NCBI RefSeq assembly: GCF_006345805.1
Contig: NC_043002.1
Coordinates: 70,680,001 to 70,744,000 of the forward strand
Direction of reading: 5' to 3'
Source of the DNA: Octopus sinensis
Lineage: Eukaryota
Length of the DNA stretch: 64,000 nt
Shown piece by piece: positions 52,671-64,000 of this stretch (position 1 is the stretch's first letter; each line of letters opens with the position of its first letter). A model generated the notes under the pieces. It searched no databases. It was not told where the DNA came from and was given only the letters and a program-made list of their open reading frames with translations. The translations under genes and the position numbers were made by a program.

Positions 52671-53099
52671 AATATAACGTTCATAATTTTTGATTACTTG
52701 AGGCAAGTTTACAACAAGAGTAATTATATAAGGCTCTAGTATGACAGAAATGAATTTTCAAGGTATGACAGGAAAGGCGATTTTGCGCTCTCAGATTCCC
52801 TTGTGTCGATTGGTTTGAAAAATATTGAAAAGTCACCTTTCTGGCTGTAGTCTACATACCCTCCATAAACACACAGAATGGTCATGGTTGCAACACAATC
52901 TCTCTTAGGTTTAATCATTTGGACGTCGCCGGAGTTAAGTAGCATCAATAACTGAAGGTGACACAATGGAATATGTGGTCCTACATACAACGTCTGAAAT
53001 AATCAGTGCTTAATCAAGGCTGGTACACTTCCTGTTGAATAAGGATAACAAATGGTTTCGAACTGATACGAAGCTAAATAGCAACAACACTTTTAATAA

Positions 53100-54130
53100 T
53101 TGTTTCCGCTTTAGACAGAAGGCTAACAAGTTTGAGGTGGGATTGTAGTACGTGAGTGGTACTTTATTTTATCGAACTCGAAATGATGAAGAGTAAAACT
53201 GATCTTGACAAAATTTGAACGTGAAGCGTAAAGAGCCAGAAAAAAACTAATGTAATGTTTTTGCTCGATACACTTTCAATTCTACCAGGATGCCATTATA
53301 AAAAAGTAATTCCTGAGTTAGGTACACAATCTTTAATCGTTAGCGGCGGCGGCGCTAATAAATTAAATCGACCCAGTAATTAATTCGTACTTCATTTTAT
53401 CGACTCCGAAAGGCTAAAAACAACTCTGACCTTAGCAGGATTTGTAAGAAGCTTAAAGAGGCCGAAATAGATGCTGCAGATTATTTTGTTTGTCACTCAA
53501 ATAATACTGAGTTCAAATTTTGGCAGAAGGCCAGCAATTTCGCATAAGTGGCTAAGTCGATTACATCGGCCCCAGCGTTCAACTGCCACAATTCTATCGA
53601 CCCCAATGGAATGAAATGCAAATCCAACCTCGTGGAATTCGAACTCGGGATGTTAAGTTGAACGAAAGGCCGCTATGCGTCTTGGCTGATGTGCTAACGA
53701 TTCTGTCAGCTTATCAGCCTCTGACACTCTAACAATACTGGCTGAAAATTTCGACACCAGGCCTGCAATTTTAAGGGAGCTGGACTAGTTTATTACCTCT
53801 ACCCCAGTATTCAGCTGGTATATTTTTTATCGACCCCGAAAGGATTAAAGTCAAAGTCGAACTCGGTGAAATTTGAGCTCAGAAGGTGAAGTCGGACAAA
53901 TGAAACTAAACATTTTGTCAGGCGTGCTCGCCGTCTCCTGACACATTGGGCGAAAACACAGGGGCGAAAATATGAGGGAAGGCTAGTACTTGGTTGGTAT
54001 TTAATTTTATAAACGCCAGAGCACGAAAGAGAAAATTGACCTCGGTTGGAATTGAACTCAGAATTGTAAAGATTCAGAATATAAATCACAAAACTCCTTT
54101 TCGACCAAATGTCGACTCTGCTAGCTTGCT
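53100..54130 (-). mobile_element. Cluster of about five old family-D SINEs in tandem
   Basis: Repeated TTTATCGACCCCGAAAGG.TGAAAG.CAAAGTCGAC-like blocks. Confidence 0.7.
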
Positions 54131-57100
54131 GAAATGATTTGTAATTTAGTGATCGGACCGTCAATTTTGTAGAGAGAAGTTCAATCTATACCGCCGATTG
54201 TAGCCCTATTTCTTTATTGCAGCAATGCAATTTATTCGAATCCCTATCGCTGCTGTCAGCACACAGCTATAAAAACAATTATAATACAGATATCTCGTCT
54301 ACAAAAATAATCCTGCTGTAACGATGGTGGGCAAGGGAAATAAAGTATTTCTGGCGTATAATCATTTTCTCGATACGTTAGTGACGTACGAGAAGGAGCA
54401 TCAAGCAGGGTTCGAACCTGCATCAAATCCTTGATTTACAGGCGACCTTATTGCGGCTAAGTCCCAGTGAAATCATGATAAAACTGAACTACGATGAAAT
54501 GAATTTCAGCCCTGATCATATGTCGGTGTAAATATATTCTTAAAACTAAACAAAAATAGAATGTAGTTTCAGTGAAGATATTTGATTGCTGTCTCTAGTC
54601 TGGTAAGAGACCATGTAGAGGCTCTCTTGTTAGCTTACGGAAACATGCTCTTTGATTGTGATGTCCACTATCTCCTCATTAATAATATTGAATCTTTATA
54701 ATGGTATATGTCATATTTTGACGCGGTATCTCATTAATTGAGTCGACTATACTACATGAATCGGACCTAAATCGTATATTTGCGTAAAATAAAATCACCC
54801 TCTGTACAGCTTGAACTCAGAGCACGGAAAATTAATAGTTCGATTAGAGCGGCAACATAAATTCAAATGAAGGAGAAACTAATGATATTTAATACTTCTT
54901 CGACGCCTTTCACAACTCCGATACGCTACCAATAGAAAAGACCACTCTGTGGGAATGAAATCAATATATGAAAAAAATAAATTGCTGTTTAAAAGAGGTT
55001 TAATTTAATTATATTTCATATAAATAAATGTTCCAAAGAAATGCCAATGAGTCTGGGGGAAGCGGTATTCAATAAGATCGTGATTTTTAAAAAAATTAGC
55101 GGTCAATAATTATATGTGACAAGCTTTATTTCATTAGTTCCGTTTCTAAATAGTTTTCAAGAATTTTTCAAACTACGCGATTCCAATCATCATCTTACTG
55201 CAATTTGTAAAGAAAATTTCTTCACTAGTTCAAAGATTACCATAAGTTATTCTACCTGTTTCTTTAGTTCGACAGCGACTTTTAATAAAGAACTGAATAT
55301 ATATTTAGTCTTGCAGAGAAAAATAATAAGAAAAACATTCAATTTTATGAACTGTATGACCTTAGTAATTTAGTTTATTTAACAGAAGGCATATGGAAAC
55401 GCAATTTGTGTTAAATTTTGCTGAGTTATTTTTGTTGTTATATTAATTCAATTCTTTCCTGTCAACATTTACATTCATAATTTTCTTCAAATAATTTTCT
55501 TTACATTGCAAAAATTTAAATAGTAAGCAAGAATTAACAGTTTGGAATTTCAATGTTGAATAAAATTTCTTTTTCTAAGGTTTTCAAAAATTGTGATTGA
55601 ATTTCCAGACGTGAACGCATTTGGTTAACAACTGGCGTTGATAATTAAATTTTAAAAAATAATAATACGAAGTATTTTTACAAAGAACTTTATAAAAGAA
55701 TAAATATAATTCGTTTACATCGATTTCAAAGTAAAATTTTATTAAACGTATTGGGAGAGTGTTTCTTTAGAACCCCGATATCATCTATTCATTTCTATCA
55801 AATGTTTCTATTATTATCGAATTCGATTTTTACAATTTGCTATGAAACAGCAAATTAAAGGAAAATCGAATGACTTCAATTAGAACTGTGGTTGCAGTTG
55901 TTCCTAAAATTTGTTAAATTGACTTGTAGGTCAGATAATTATAGTGTAACAGGAAAAAAGAATCTATTGTTAGTGGCTACACATCTATTTATCAAGCAAG
56001 AATGCACCAACTCATCATTTCCGAGTATGTTTAGTTGGAGAATTTGAATAGCGAAAAGAATGAAGTGTTTAAATTTTTTTTAATGCGATTACTCCAAAAA
56101 GCTAATTAGAATTACGGGTATGAAATAAAATAATTGTGCTCATGAATCGAAATATCTTTTCGAAGGTAATTCTATAATTCTCTAATATGTTCGCTTCAGT
56201 CGTCTTTTGTCGCCAATATTTTAACTTAAATGACAAGAGAAATGATGAATATTAATAACCAATACAACTGAAATTGATTAAAATAAAATAGATTGAGAAT
56301 GTAATAAATAAAATAACTCAAATACCAATAGAGTACAGGGCTGACTTGAAGTGTGCCAAGATTACTGCATCAGGATAGGATGCTCACATTGATCGCTCTA
56401 TGCATTTCTTAACCTCTAGTAAATGAGATTTGTCTAACTTGACGCAGAGGTATCTATTCATTCACCTGAGTGCAGTATCTAAATTATTATAACATCGATT
56501 GTAACCTCTCAAGAGGTTAATAAGAAATCAGTTTTAGATACGGTAAATCTGAGCAGGCAAAAACAAATCAAATTTATAGAGAATATCACTTTGAAAAACA
56601 AATGAAGATAATCTAATTGTTTCATTTGGTTGTTGTCTTCTTAAAAAGAGATACGATTCATTAACAACGTTCAAGAATTCTGTTTTTCGTTAGCGATAAA
56701 TGACTTATCGAATTCTGCAATACTTTATCACTACATAAATAGTCTCTAAATTATATAAGACTAACTATGGCAATGTCTCTTACAGAAAAAAATATAGTGA
56801 TGTTATGTTTCTTCTAAAATACAGACCTAATTCTATAAGCGAATGTCTACACCATTTTATAACCTCCTGCAATCTTGTGTGATTATTTCAGCTTCTTTAC
56901 CTTATATCTAGCGTGGAAATAGAAAAATAAATAAACGGTATTCATTATATTACTGTTTGTGGTGGGATTAAGGGACAAAAACACTCACATGAAAAATAAG
57001 AATTTTACGAGGAAGTATAAATTTTATTGATTGTATTGACCCAAGAAATTTGAATGGAAATGAAACATTTTAATAAACTTTTCGCTGAATCCCTAAAAAA

Positions 57101-57344
57101 AATCCAATTCTGATATTGAATTAGAGAAGATCGAAGGTCAAAAACATGTTTCTGTAGGTATTTTCACTGTTGACTTTCCTACTACTAGCATTTTATAACA
57201 ATTCCAACATCTTTAATCCTTTCTGGATTTACCACAAACACAATTCTGATAGTTTCCGTTGTTGTCATTTTTTCAACATCTAACAGATGCCCACCAAATA
57301 TTACATGCATTAGAAACACCAAACTAGCCTTAGTGTGTTAAATT

Positions 57345-57550
57345 AATAGTGTTTTCCACTCTAGGCACGAAGCCTGAAATTCTTGGGGAGCAGGACTAGT
57401 CAATAACATCGGCCAAAATGATCGAGTGGTAATTATTTTTTCGACATCGAAAATATGAAAGGCGAACTGGACCTCAGAAGGTAAAGCCGGTAGAAATGCC
57501 TTTAGCCATTTTGTCCAACATTCTAACAATTTTGTCAACCCGTCGCCTTA
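57345..57550 (-). mobile_element. Old family-D SINE
   Basis: Diverged family-D core; head end reads TCGCCTTA on +. Confidence 0.6.
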
Positions 57551-57829
57551 GATTGAATTGATAATGAAGGTCTTATCCTGCTCCAATATTTCTTTTTTTT
57601 TATCTCTGGACTATATTTCCCATGTATCCCTCTCCATCAACCGCTCCACCGTGTAAACCCTCTTATTATAACTGCCCAATTACTGCAATCGTGTACAATT
57701 CAGTTTTTACATCGTTACACTTCATCTCACATTGTGTAGATAATAAAAAAATCTCAAATATCATTCTAATGTATTTCCTTCTAGACACATGTATCAGCTT
57801 CTTTGCTATCCTGGATGCAATTTATTATA

Positions 57830-58660
57830 CGAGGTCTGATCAATAAATATCCGGACTGTTGCCATAGTAACAAAGCAAAAGCACGCAGATTGAGGTCACT
57901 TGACAAAAATTGACCTGAACACAGTCGTGCATACGCACTAAGTTTTAACGTTCTAGCTCGCTTCCGCTGTTTACAGCAGTGTTTGGAAGGAAGGTGTGTA
58001 GCGAGTGATCATCGCATTGACCATGACTGAAAGTTGTCGTGGCGATACCTGCTCAGATGCCTACGAAAAGTTGCAGAAAGAGTATGGAGAAGAGTGTTTG
58101 AGCTGCACGAGTGGTTCAGGCGTTTCCAAGATGACCGAAAAAAAAAGTCGATACTGACGAACGTTCTGGGGAAACTCGCAGCCAGCAGAACTGAGGAAAA
58201 ACATTGCAGGCGTGCGCGCAGCTGTGAGGGGAAATCGTCGAATAACCATCCGTGATTTTTCAGAGGATGTGCAGATTAGTTACGGTTCAGTTCAGTCCAT
58301 TATCTCTGGAAATGTGCGCATGAGACGCGTGTTTGCCAAGTTTGTTCCAACATCGCTTTCACCTGACCAAAAAGACTCTCGGGTTTCAGTTGCACAAGAT
58401 CTGAGGAGGTATCGCCAAGCTTTCGATAAATTTCATGCAGATTCTCTCCTCAACTTTCTCTGTCATGGTCCAATGCAACGATCACGCGCTACACACCTTT
58501 CGTCCAAGCACTGCTTTAAACAGAGGAAGTGAGCTAGAACCTTAAAATTAATGTGCATCCACAGCAACGTTCAAGGTCAATCTGTGCCAAGCGGCTTCAC
58601 ACAGCGTGCTTAAACGTCGTTACTATAGCAACAGTCCAGATACTTGTTGATCAGACCACG
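57830..58660 (+). mobile_element. Mariner-derived MITE with two inverted 5' ends
   Basis: TA-flanked TIR CGAGGTCTGATCAA. The inverted repeat extends >200 bp, into the transposase start. Internal NRRITIRDFSEDVQISYGSVQSII...FAKFVP. Confidence 0.9.
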
Positions 58661-59394
58661 TATAACTTTGCACTGGAAAAGTGGCGTTACTTTCTAAAAA
58701 TAATCACAACGCCTCTCCAGTAAAATGGCGTCTTAATTGTTCTGCATTTATAAGCCGTTATTAGAAAATCCTTCAAAATACATTATGGGCATCAATCCCC
58801 TGTTAGAAATCCATTTGATCACAGTCATCTGCCAAATTCTATAAATCATTCATTGTATCCCGAAGATTTGATCTGTTTCCATTTCATCACCATCCAACAT
58901 TGGATACGAGGTTCTCACTAAATTCTGAAAATTTCCTTAAAACAATCCTATACAATATTTTTCATGTTGAATATTTATCGCTCCACAGCGGCACGTTTTC
59001 AGAGTCAGCTTTATGTGGAATTTGCTGTTTTATATCGCAAACTCATAGTCTTTTGACTGATCAAGATGAGACACCTTACACCAAATATACTGTGCCAGCA
59101 TAACACAGATCTTTAGAATATCCATCGATGTGTCATGACAAGGTATGCACCCGCAACAGCAAAACACCCACAAATGCTATGTATATTAAAAAAGGAAAAC
59201 TTATAATATTTTCAATCCATAAGAAACACTACTAAAATCCCCGAAGTTACTACAAATGCCAGACTACAAAATTTCTACTGATCTATCACGATGGCATTAC
59301 ATATGTAATGTCTGCCGAAATCTTACCACAAAAACTACACACTCCTCTTTATAATCAAAGCATTTGGCGGGAGAGGATTGACTTTTATCTTTTT

Positions 59395-59631
59395 TTTCCT
59401 TTTATTTGTTTCAGTCATTTGACTGCGGCCATGCTGGAGCACCGCCTTTAGTCGAGTAAATGGACCCCAAGACTTATTCTTTGTAAGCCTAGTACTTATT
59501 CTATCGGTCTCTCTTGCCGAACCGCTATGTGACGGGGATGTAAACACACCAGCATCAGTTGTCAAGCGATGCTGGGGGGACAAACACAGATACACAAACA
59601 CACACACACACACACGCACACGCACACACAA

Positions 59632-59671
<40 letters not shown>

Positions 59672-59830
59672 GCGACGGGCTTCTTTCAGTTTCCGTCTAC
59701 CAAATGCACTCACAAGGCTTTGGTCGGCCCGAGGCTATAGTAGAAGACACTTACTGAAGGTGCCACGCAGTGGGACTGAACCCGGAACCCTGTAGTTGGT
59801 AAGCATGCTACTTACCAGACAGCCACTCCT
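59395..59830 (-). mobile_element. Family-A SINE, full length
   Basis: Complete head, body and tail. Confidence 0.92.
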
Positions 59831-59834
59831 AGCC

Positions 59835-60395
59835 GTATTTATTTTATCGACTCCGAAATGAAGAAAAGCAACAACGACCTAGGTGGTGACTGAACTCACA
59901 GCATAAAACCAGAAAAATGCCGCTAAAGTTTTTTGTCCAGCGTGCTAAAATTTGTACCAGCTCGCCATCTTAACAACGACAATAATTATAATCTTTTCTA
60001 CTCGAGCCAAAAGGTCTGAGATTTTGAGAGGAAGGAGCTAGTTGATTACTCGATCCCTGCACTCGACTGGTATTTATTCTATCGACCTCGAAAGGATGAA
60101 AGGCAAAGTGGAATTCCACAGAGTTTGGCCTTAGAATGCAGTGACGAGTAAAACACCACAAAGTATATTCACCGTCGTGCTAACAATCCAGTTTGCCTGC
60201 TGCCTTAATAATGATAACATAAGTTTCAAATTTTGGTACAAGGCCAGCAATTTTAAGTGAGGGGTAAGTAAATTTCGACCCCAGCGTTTATCTCGTACTT
60301 TTTAATCCATCCCTAAATACAAAGTCGACCTCGGCGGAATTTGAACTCAGACAGATGAAATGACGCTGATCAACTCTGCCATCTCACCGTCTTAA
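59835..60395 (-). mobile_element. Three old family-D SINEs in tandem
   Basis: Repeated TTTATCGAC...GAAAGGCAAAG core and GCC.TCTTAA head ends. Confidence 0.7.
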
Positions 60396-61592
60396 TACTA
60401 ATACTAATAATTATGATAATAATAGTACATACATACAATCATACCAGTACATGTTTATATTCACATGTATGTATGTATATATGTATGTATGTATGTGCGT
60501 GTATATATGTATATGTGAGTCTGTATGTATGTAAAGATTAATATGTAAAGAGCAGTTCTGTTAAAACATCAATATGAATAACAACAGTGTTTCAGTGTTA
60601 GTATGTGTAATAGCTTCAAAAATGTAACGACCAATATTCCCCCATACCCCGCCAACTCACACAACTGTAGCATATGAATGCAACTCTTACAAACTTTCAT
60701 TAGATTGACCTCAATCGATTTTCTGTTATATGTGTTTTAGTCTTGTCTGGAAAGAGTGATTAATCGATATGAAAGAGCCGCTAGTTATCATTCAGGTGTT
60801 TCATTGTTATATCAATCATATTCTTTGGGCATATCAGATAACAATGCTGAGCATAGAAGAGAGGGTAGCAGTGCTTACTGGTTCTATGGATTCGAACTTG
60901 GTCAACTTTTGAGCAATTTTATAACACATTGAGTAATTGCCTTTGTTTTCCGCTTTCCACTATCGACAGTCAAGATACTAGTCTGATTCTAAATCAAGTT
61001 TGAAAGCAATATAATTTCTAGTAAGCCACTTAGGCATTTCACGATATTACCAAGAAGAAACCGTATTTATGTTACCTAATTTATAGCGAGATAATCTATG
61101 GCAGATACAGTAAAATGTTTTAACCAAAAACATTTTCTCCACACAATAGAAACAATAGCATTAATAACACTTTCTTTTGGAGATAGTACTGGGATTGGCA
61201 GAAACAGCAAACTGACATGATTAAATGTTGTAGAAGTAATTAGTTTTGCCTTGATAGATTTCAAATTCAATCGCTCTCGAATTCTGTGTAATGTTTTATT
61301 TCTTTCCGGTGAAAGGCATAAATACATGTCGTATGCTGGCATATATTCAAACTATTGAATCTCTCCTCAACAAAAATGGGACTTTATCTGTTAGTAGAAT
61401 AACCAGTGAAATGACTTGATAGTACATTAATAGTGTTAGTGGTTATGAATGAAAACCTATAATTTACCACTTCAAGTTTGATCACGTTCGTGTATCAAGC
61501 GTTTTTGTTCTTTCAGAAAGCAGCAACAGACATCGGTGAAAGACACAAATAAAACTGTGGGACCATTGACAATGAAGCAGATTTTTAAAGTA

Positions 61593-62159
61593 TTGGTTGT
61601 CCGGAAAGTTCGTGCCGATTTATATAGTAGCTTATTTTCGACTTATTTTAGAACATGGTTGAGTCCATAAAATAGGATGTGATTACACCTCCATTTAGAA
61701 CACAGTTTACGATATATTTTCGTGGAAGAAGGTTTATGTTCCTATAAGCTGTGTTAATTCTGTAACCCCTTAAAATGGAAGATAAGAAAGTTCATTTTCG
61801 GCACTTGATGCTTTGGGAACCAGATAAAAATTGCTGCAGCTCGGCTGGGATGGGTTACCCCCACGCTCCATATTCACCAGATATTGCTCCTTCGGGTTTC
61901 CACTTATTCAGGTCTCTGCAGAATAGTCTTAATGGTAAACATTTCAATTCCTTGGATGACATAAAAAGATACCTTGCTGAATTCTTTGCCATGAAACCTC
62001 CTCAAGTCTGGGAAGAGGGCATTTTCAAGTTAAAGGAAAGATGGAGACGGATTGTGCAACAAAATGGTTAATATCTGGTTGCTTAAAAATGTAATGGCAT
62101 GTATTTATTGACCTTTTTCTTTCCTTTAAATATTGGCACGAACTTTCCAGACAAACCAA
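61593..62159 (+). mobile_element. Non-autonomous mariner, same family and same deletion as 4198-4733
   Basis: Same TIRs with TA flanks; MEDKKVHFRHLMLWE fused to the PYSPDIAPSGFHLF C-terminus. Confidence 0.92.
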
Positions 62160-64000
62160 TATTATTCCGCTCTAATATCACTTCATTTTCGTTCCCATCA
62201 TTTTCGAGGAAACACTTTTATAACCTTACAATCTTACATCTTATTACCTAATCTCTTTCTCCTTATTTGTAAATAAAACAATACAATCTGAAACTAACAA
62301 GCTGTGTTCGTAAGTTGAATTCAGTTGTAATTCACATACTGACATTTCACACAAGTACACCTAATTAATTTTCTCATATGATATTTCTAAAATCTCATTT
62401 TTCTCTCCAGAGTAAATTTAGAAACTTCGAGCTAAGTAATAACAAATCATTAATTTCGAACTTCTCGGCAAGTAACAACAACAGCAGATGCAGCAGCAGC
62501 AGTGATATACTACCGTTTAACATTTACTGGCAGACTAACTAAAATGTAAGCGCTGATCTCTGCGTAAACGGGTATATTTACCGTGTTCTCTTAGTTTGAT
62601 AGATTGCTCGCAATGTTACGCCAAAATTAATAAGCAAATGAAACGAACATAAAGTTATCTGTTTTCCCTCTCCTGAATGTTGAACAGTTGCCATTGGACA
62701 CAAACAAATAACAAAGTGTCTGTGTTTTAAAAATGTTTCTCAATGATTCAAATGTTATTTGGTATAAAAAGTTGTTAGCTGAGGCATAATTTAACTGCCT
62801 TCCATCTTATTAGTGTGTTGTGATGATTCACAAATATATTCGATATTCAGGAGTGGCTGTGCCAATCAAATTATTTTACGGATACATATACATACATACA
62901 GATACCCACAGTTACGCAGTCACACACAACTATGTATATATATATGTGTGTGTGTGTGTGTGAGCTTCCGCGTTTATGTAGGTATACAATATGTACACGT
63001 GTATGTGTAAGTGCACTATAGACAGACACCACGCACACATCTCTCTCTCACACACATACCCATCGCACATGCACTCACACACACACACACACATATCTAA
63101 TCAAGATTGATTATAATTTTACGCATAAATTACTCCAATTTATTCAGTCGAGATTATTCATCGACTTCACATCAACAAATCAACAAATGCTACATTAAGA
63201 AAAATATAACACTTTCTTTTTTTGGGAGCGTATAATTCTATACATCAGAGTTAATTAATTAAACTCATTCCACGTTATAACTAGGATCCATTATCGAGAA
63301 TGTAAATCTGCATGCCTACAAACGCTGAAGCCGATTTGCTGTGAACGGCATAGCTCGCTAGTTTTCGGCATTGCTCTAGATATGTAATCCAGTTAGTTGA
63401 TAAAACAAAAGAAGTTTCGATCAGCTAATATTAAGCAAGCGATTTACTACATAAGAGATTTTATGGAGATGTTTCATATTATCTAAAAACGACAAGCAGT
63501 AAAAATAACACCAATGAGTTTAAATGACCAGTTTTTATTGAAATGCCGGCAGTTCGTCAAACTATTTAATTACTTCCTAAAATAGATGACGGTGTGTTTA
63601 TTTTAGTAAAGTAACCACTGAAATCTCTAGATATGTATGATTTTGTTTGATGTTAATTTCTTGGGAGTGATGAAATAGAAAATATGTCTGGTTTTGACTG
63701 ACATGTGAACATAAATAATGTTTCAGAAATACGTGAATATCATACAATTCTAATTTGAATAGATCCGTAAATCGCACAATTTATTCCTTCATAACATATC
63801 TGCAAGTAATCGTTCATGTGTACATGTCAAATATCAGGGAATAATGTTAATTATATAGTTTTAAGGATTATTCGAAATTAATATTGCTATGAGAACGGTA
63901 TTAACATGTTACGATGTTTTGTTCTATCGCCTATGAATGTTTTTTTTAATATTATAAACAAAATGGGTATGTCTCATCTTTAAAGCCAACTGGTGAATGC

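Larger units (their letters stand above)
54700..59330 (-). pseudogene. Possible heavily decayed large gene with Cys-pair (zinc-ribbon-like) motifs at its 5' end, interrupted by TEs
   Basis: Minus-strand fragments CSFCGKISA, KTCRCGAINIQHEKYC, VFLMHVIFGGHLL...IVFVVNPERIKDVGIVYKMLVVG and MNRYLCVKLDKSHLLEVKKCIERS; numerous stops and frameshifts. Confidence 0.3.

Noticed and set aside
55000-55075. Group II intron/TERT-like RT motif (PPDSLAFLWNIYLYEI, minus)
   Set aside because: No PQG, YADD or other RT motifs at appropriate spacing.

Overview
Eukaryotic, AT-rich, repeat-dense DNA, most likely an octopus (inferred from the tRNA-derived SINE families and the abundant (TA)n, (GTA)n and (TAA)n microsatellites). 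Most ORFs in the supplied track are microsatellite or SINE artefacts. The only host gene I can support is the 3' end of a spliced + strand gene: an exon at 243-459 and a terminal exon at 4807-4853, with matching phase and GT-AG sites. The rest is mostly transposon sequence. It includes a near-full-length CR1-type LINE (about 32101-37320, minus) and a second, internally deleted CR1-type LINE (about 45990-48551). There are also RTE and R4/Dong fragments, several Penelope-like element (PLE) relics, mariner/Tc1 derivatives and MITEs, a non-autonomous Helitron, and more than 25 SINE copies from at least four families. Most interesting: (1) eight minimal hammerhead-ribozyme motifs whose cores cover the 3-8 base-pair variants C3-G8, U3-A8 and G3-C8; (2) a LINE/SINE pair sharing a 3' tail whose stem-loop shows compensatory changes; (3) a LINE ORF1 with a Myb/SANT-like domain plus a CCCH finger, behind a modular 17-unit 5' repeat array; (4) an old ~2.8-kb tandem array of non-TE sequence with near-invariant core islands; (5) long unique stretches that look like a decayed gene cluster. 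All calls were made by eye; no database searches were run.
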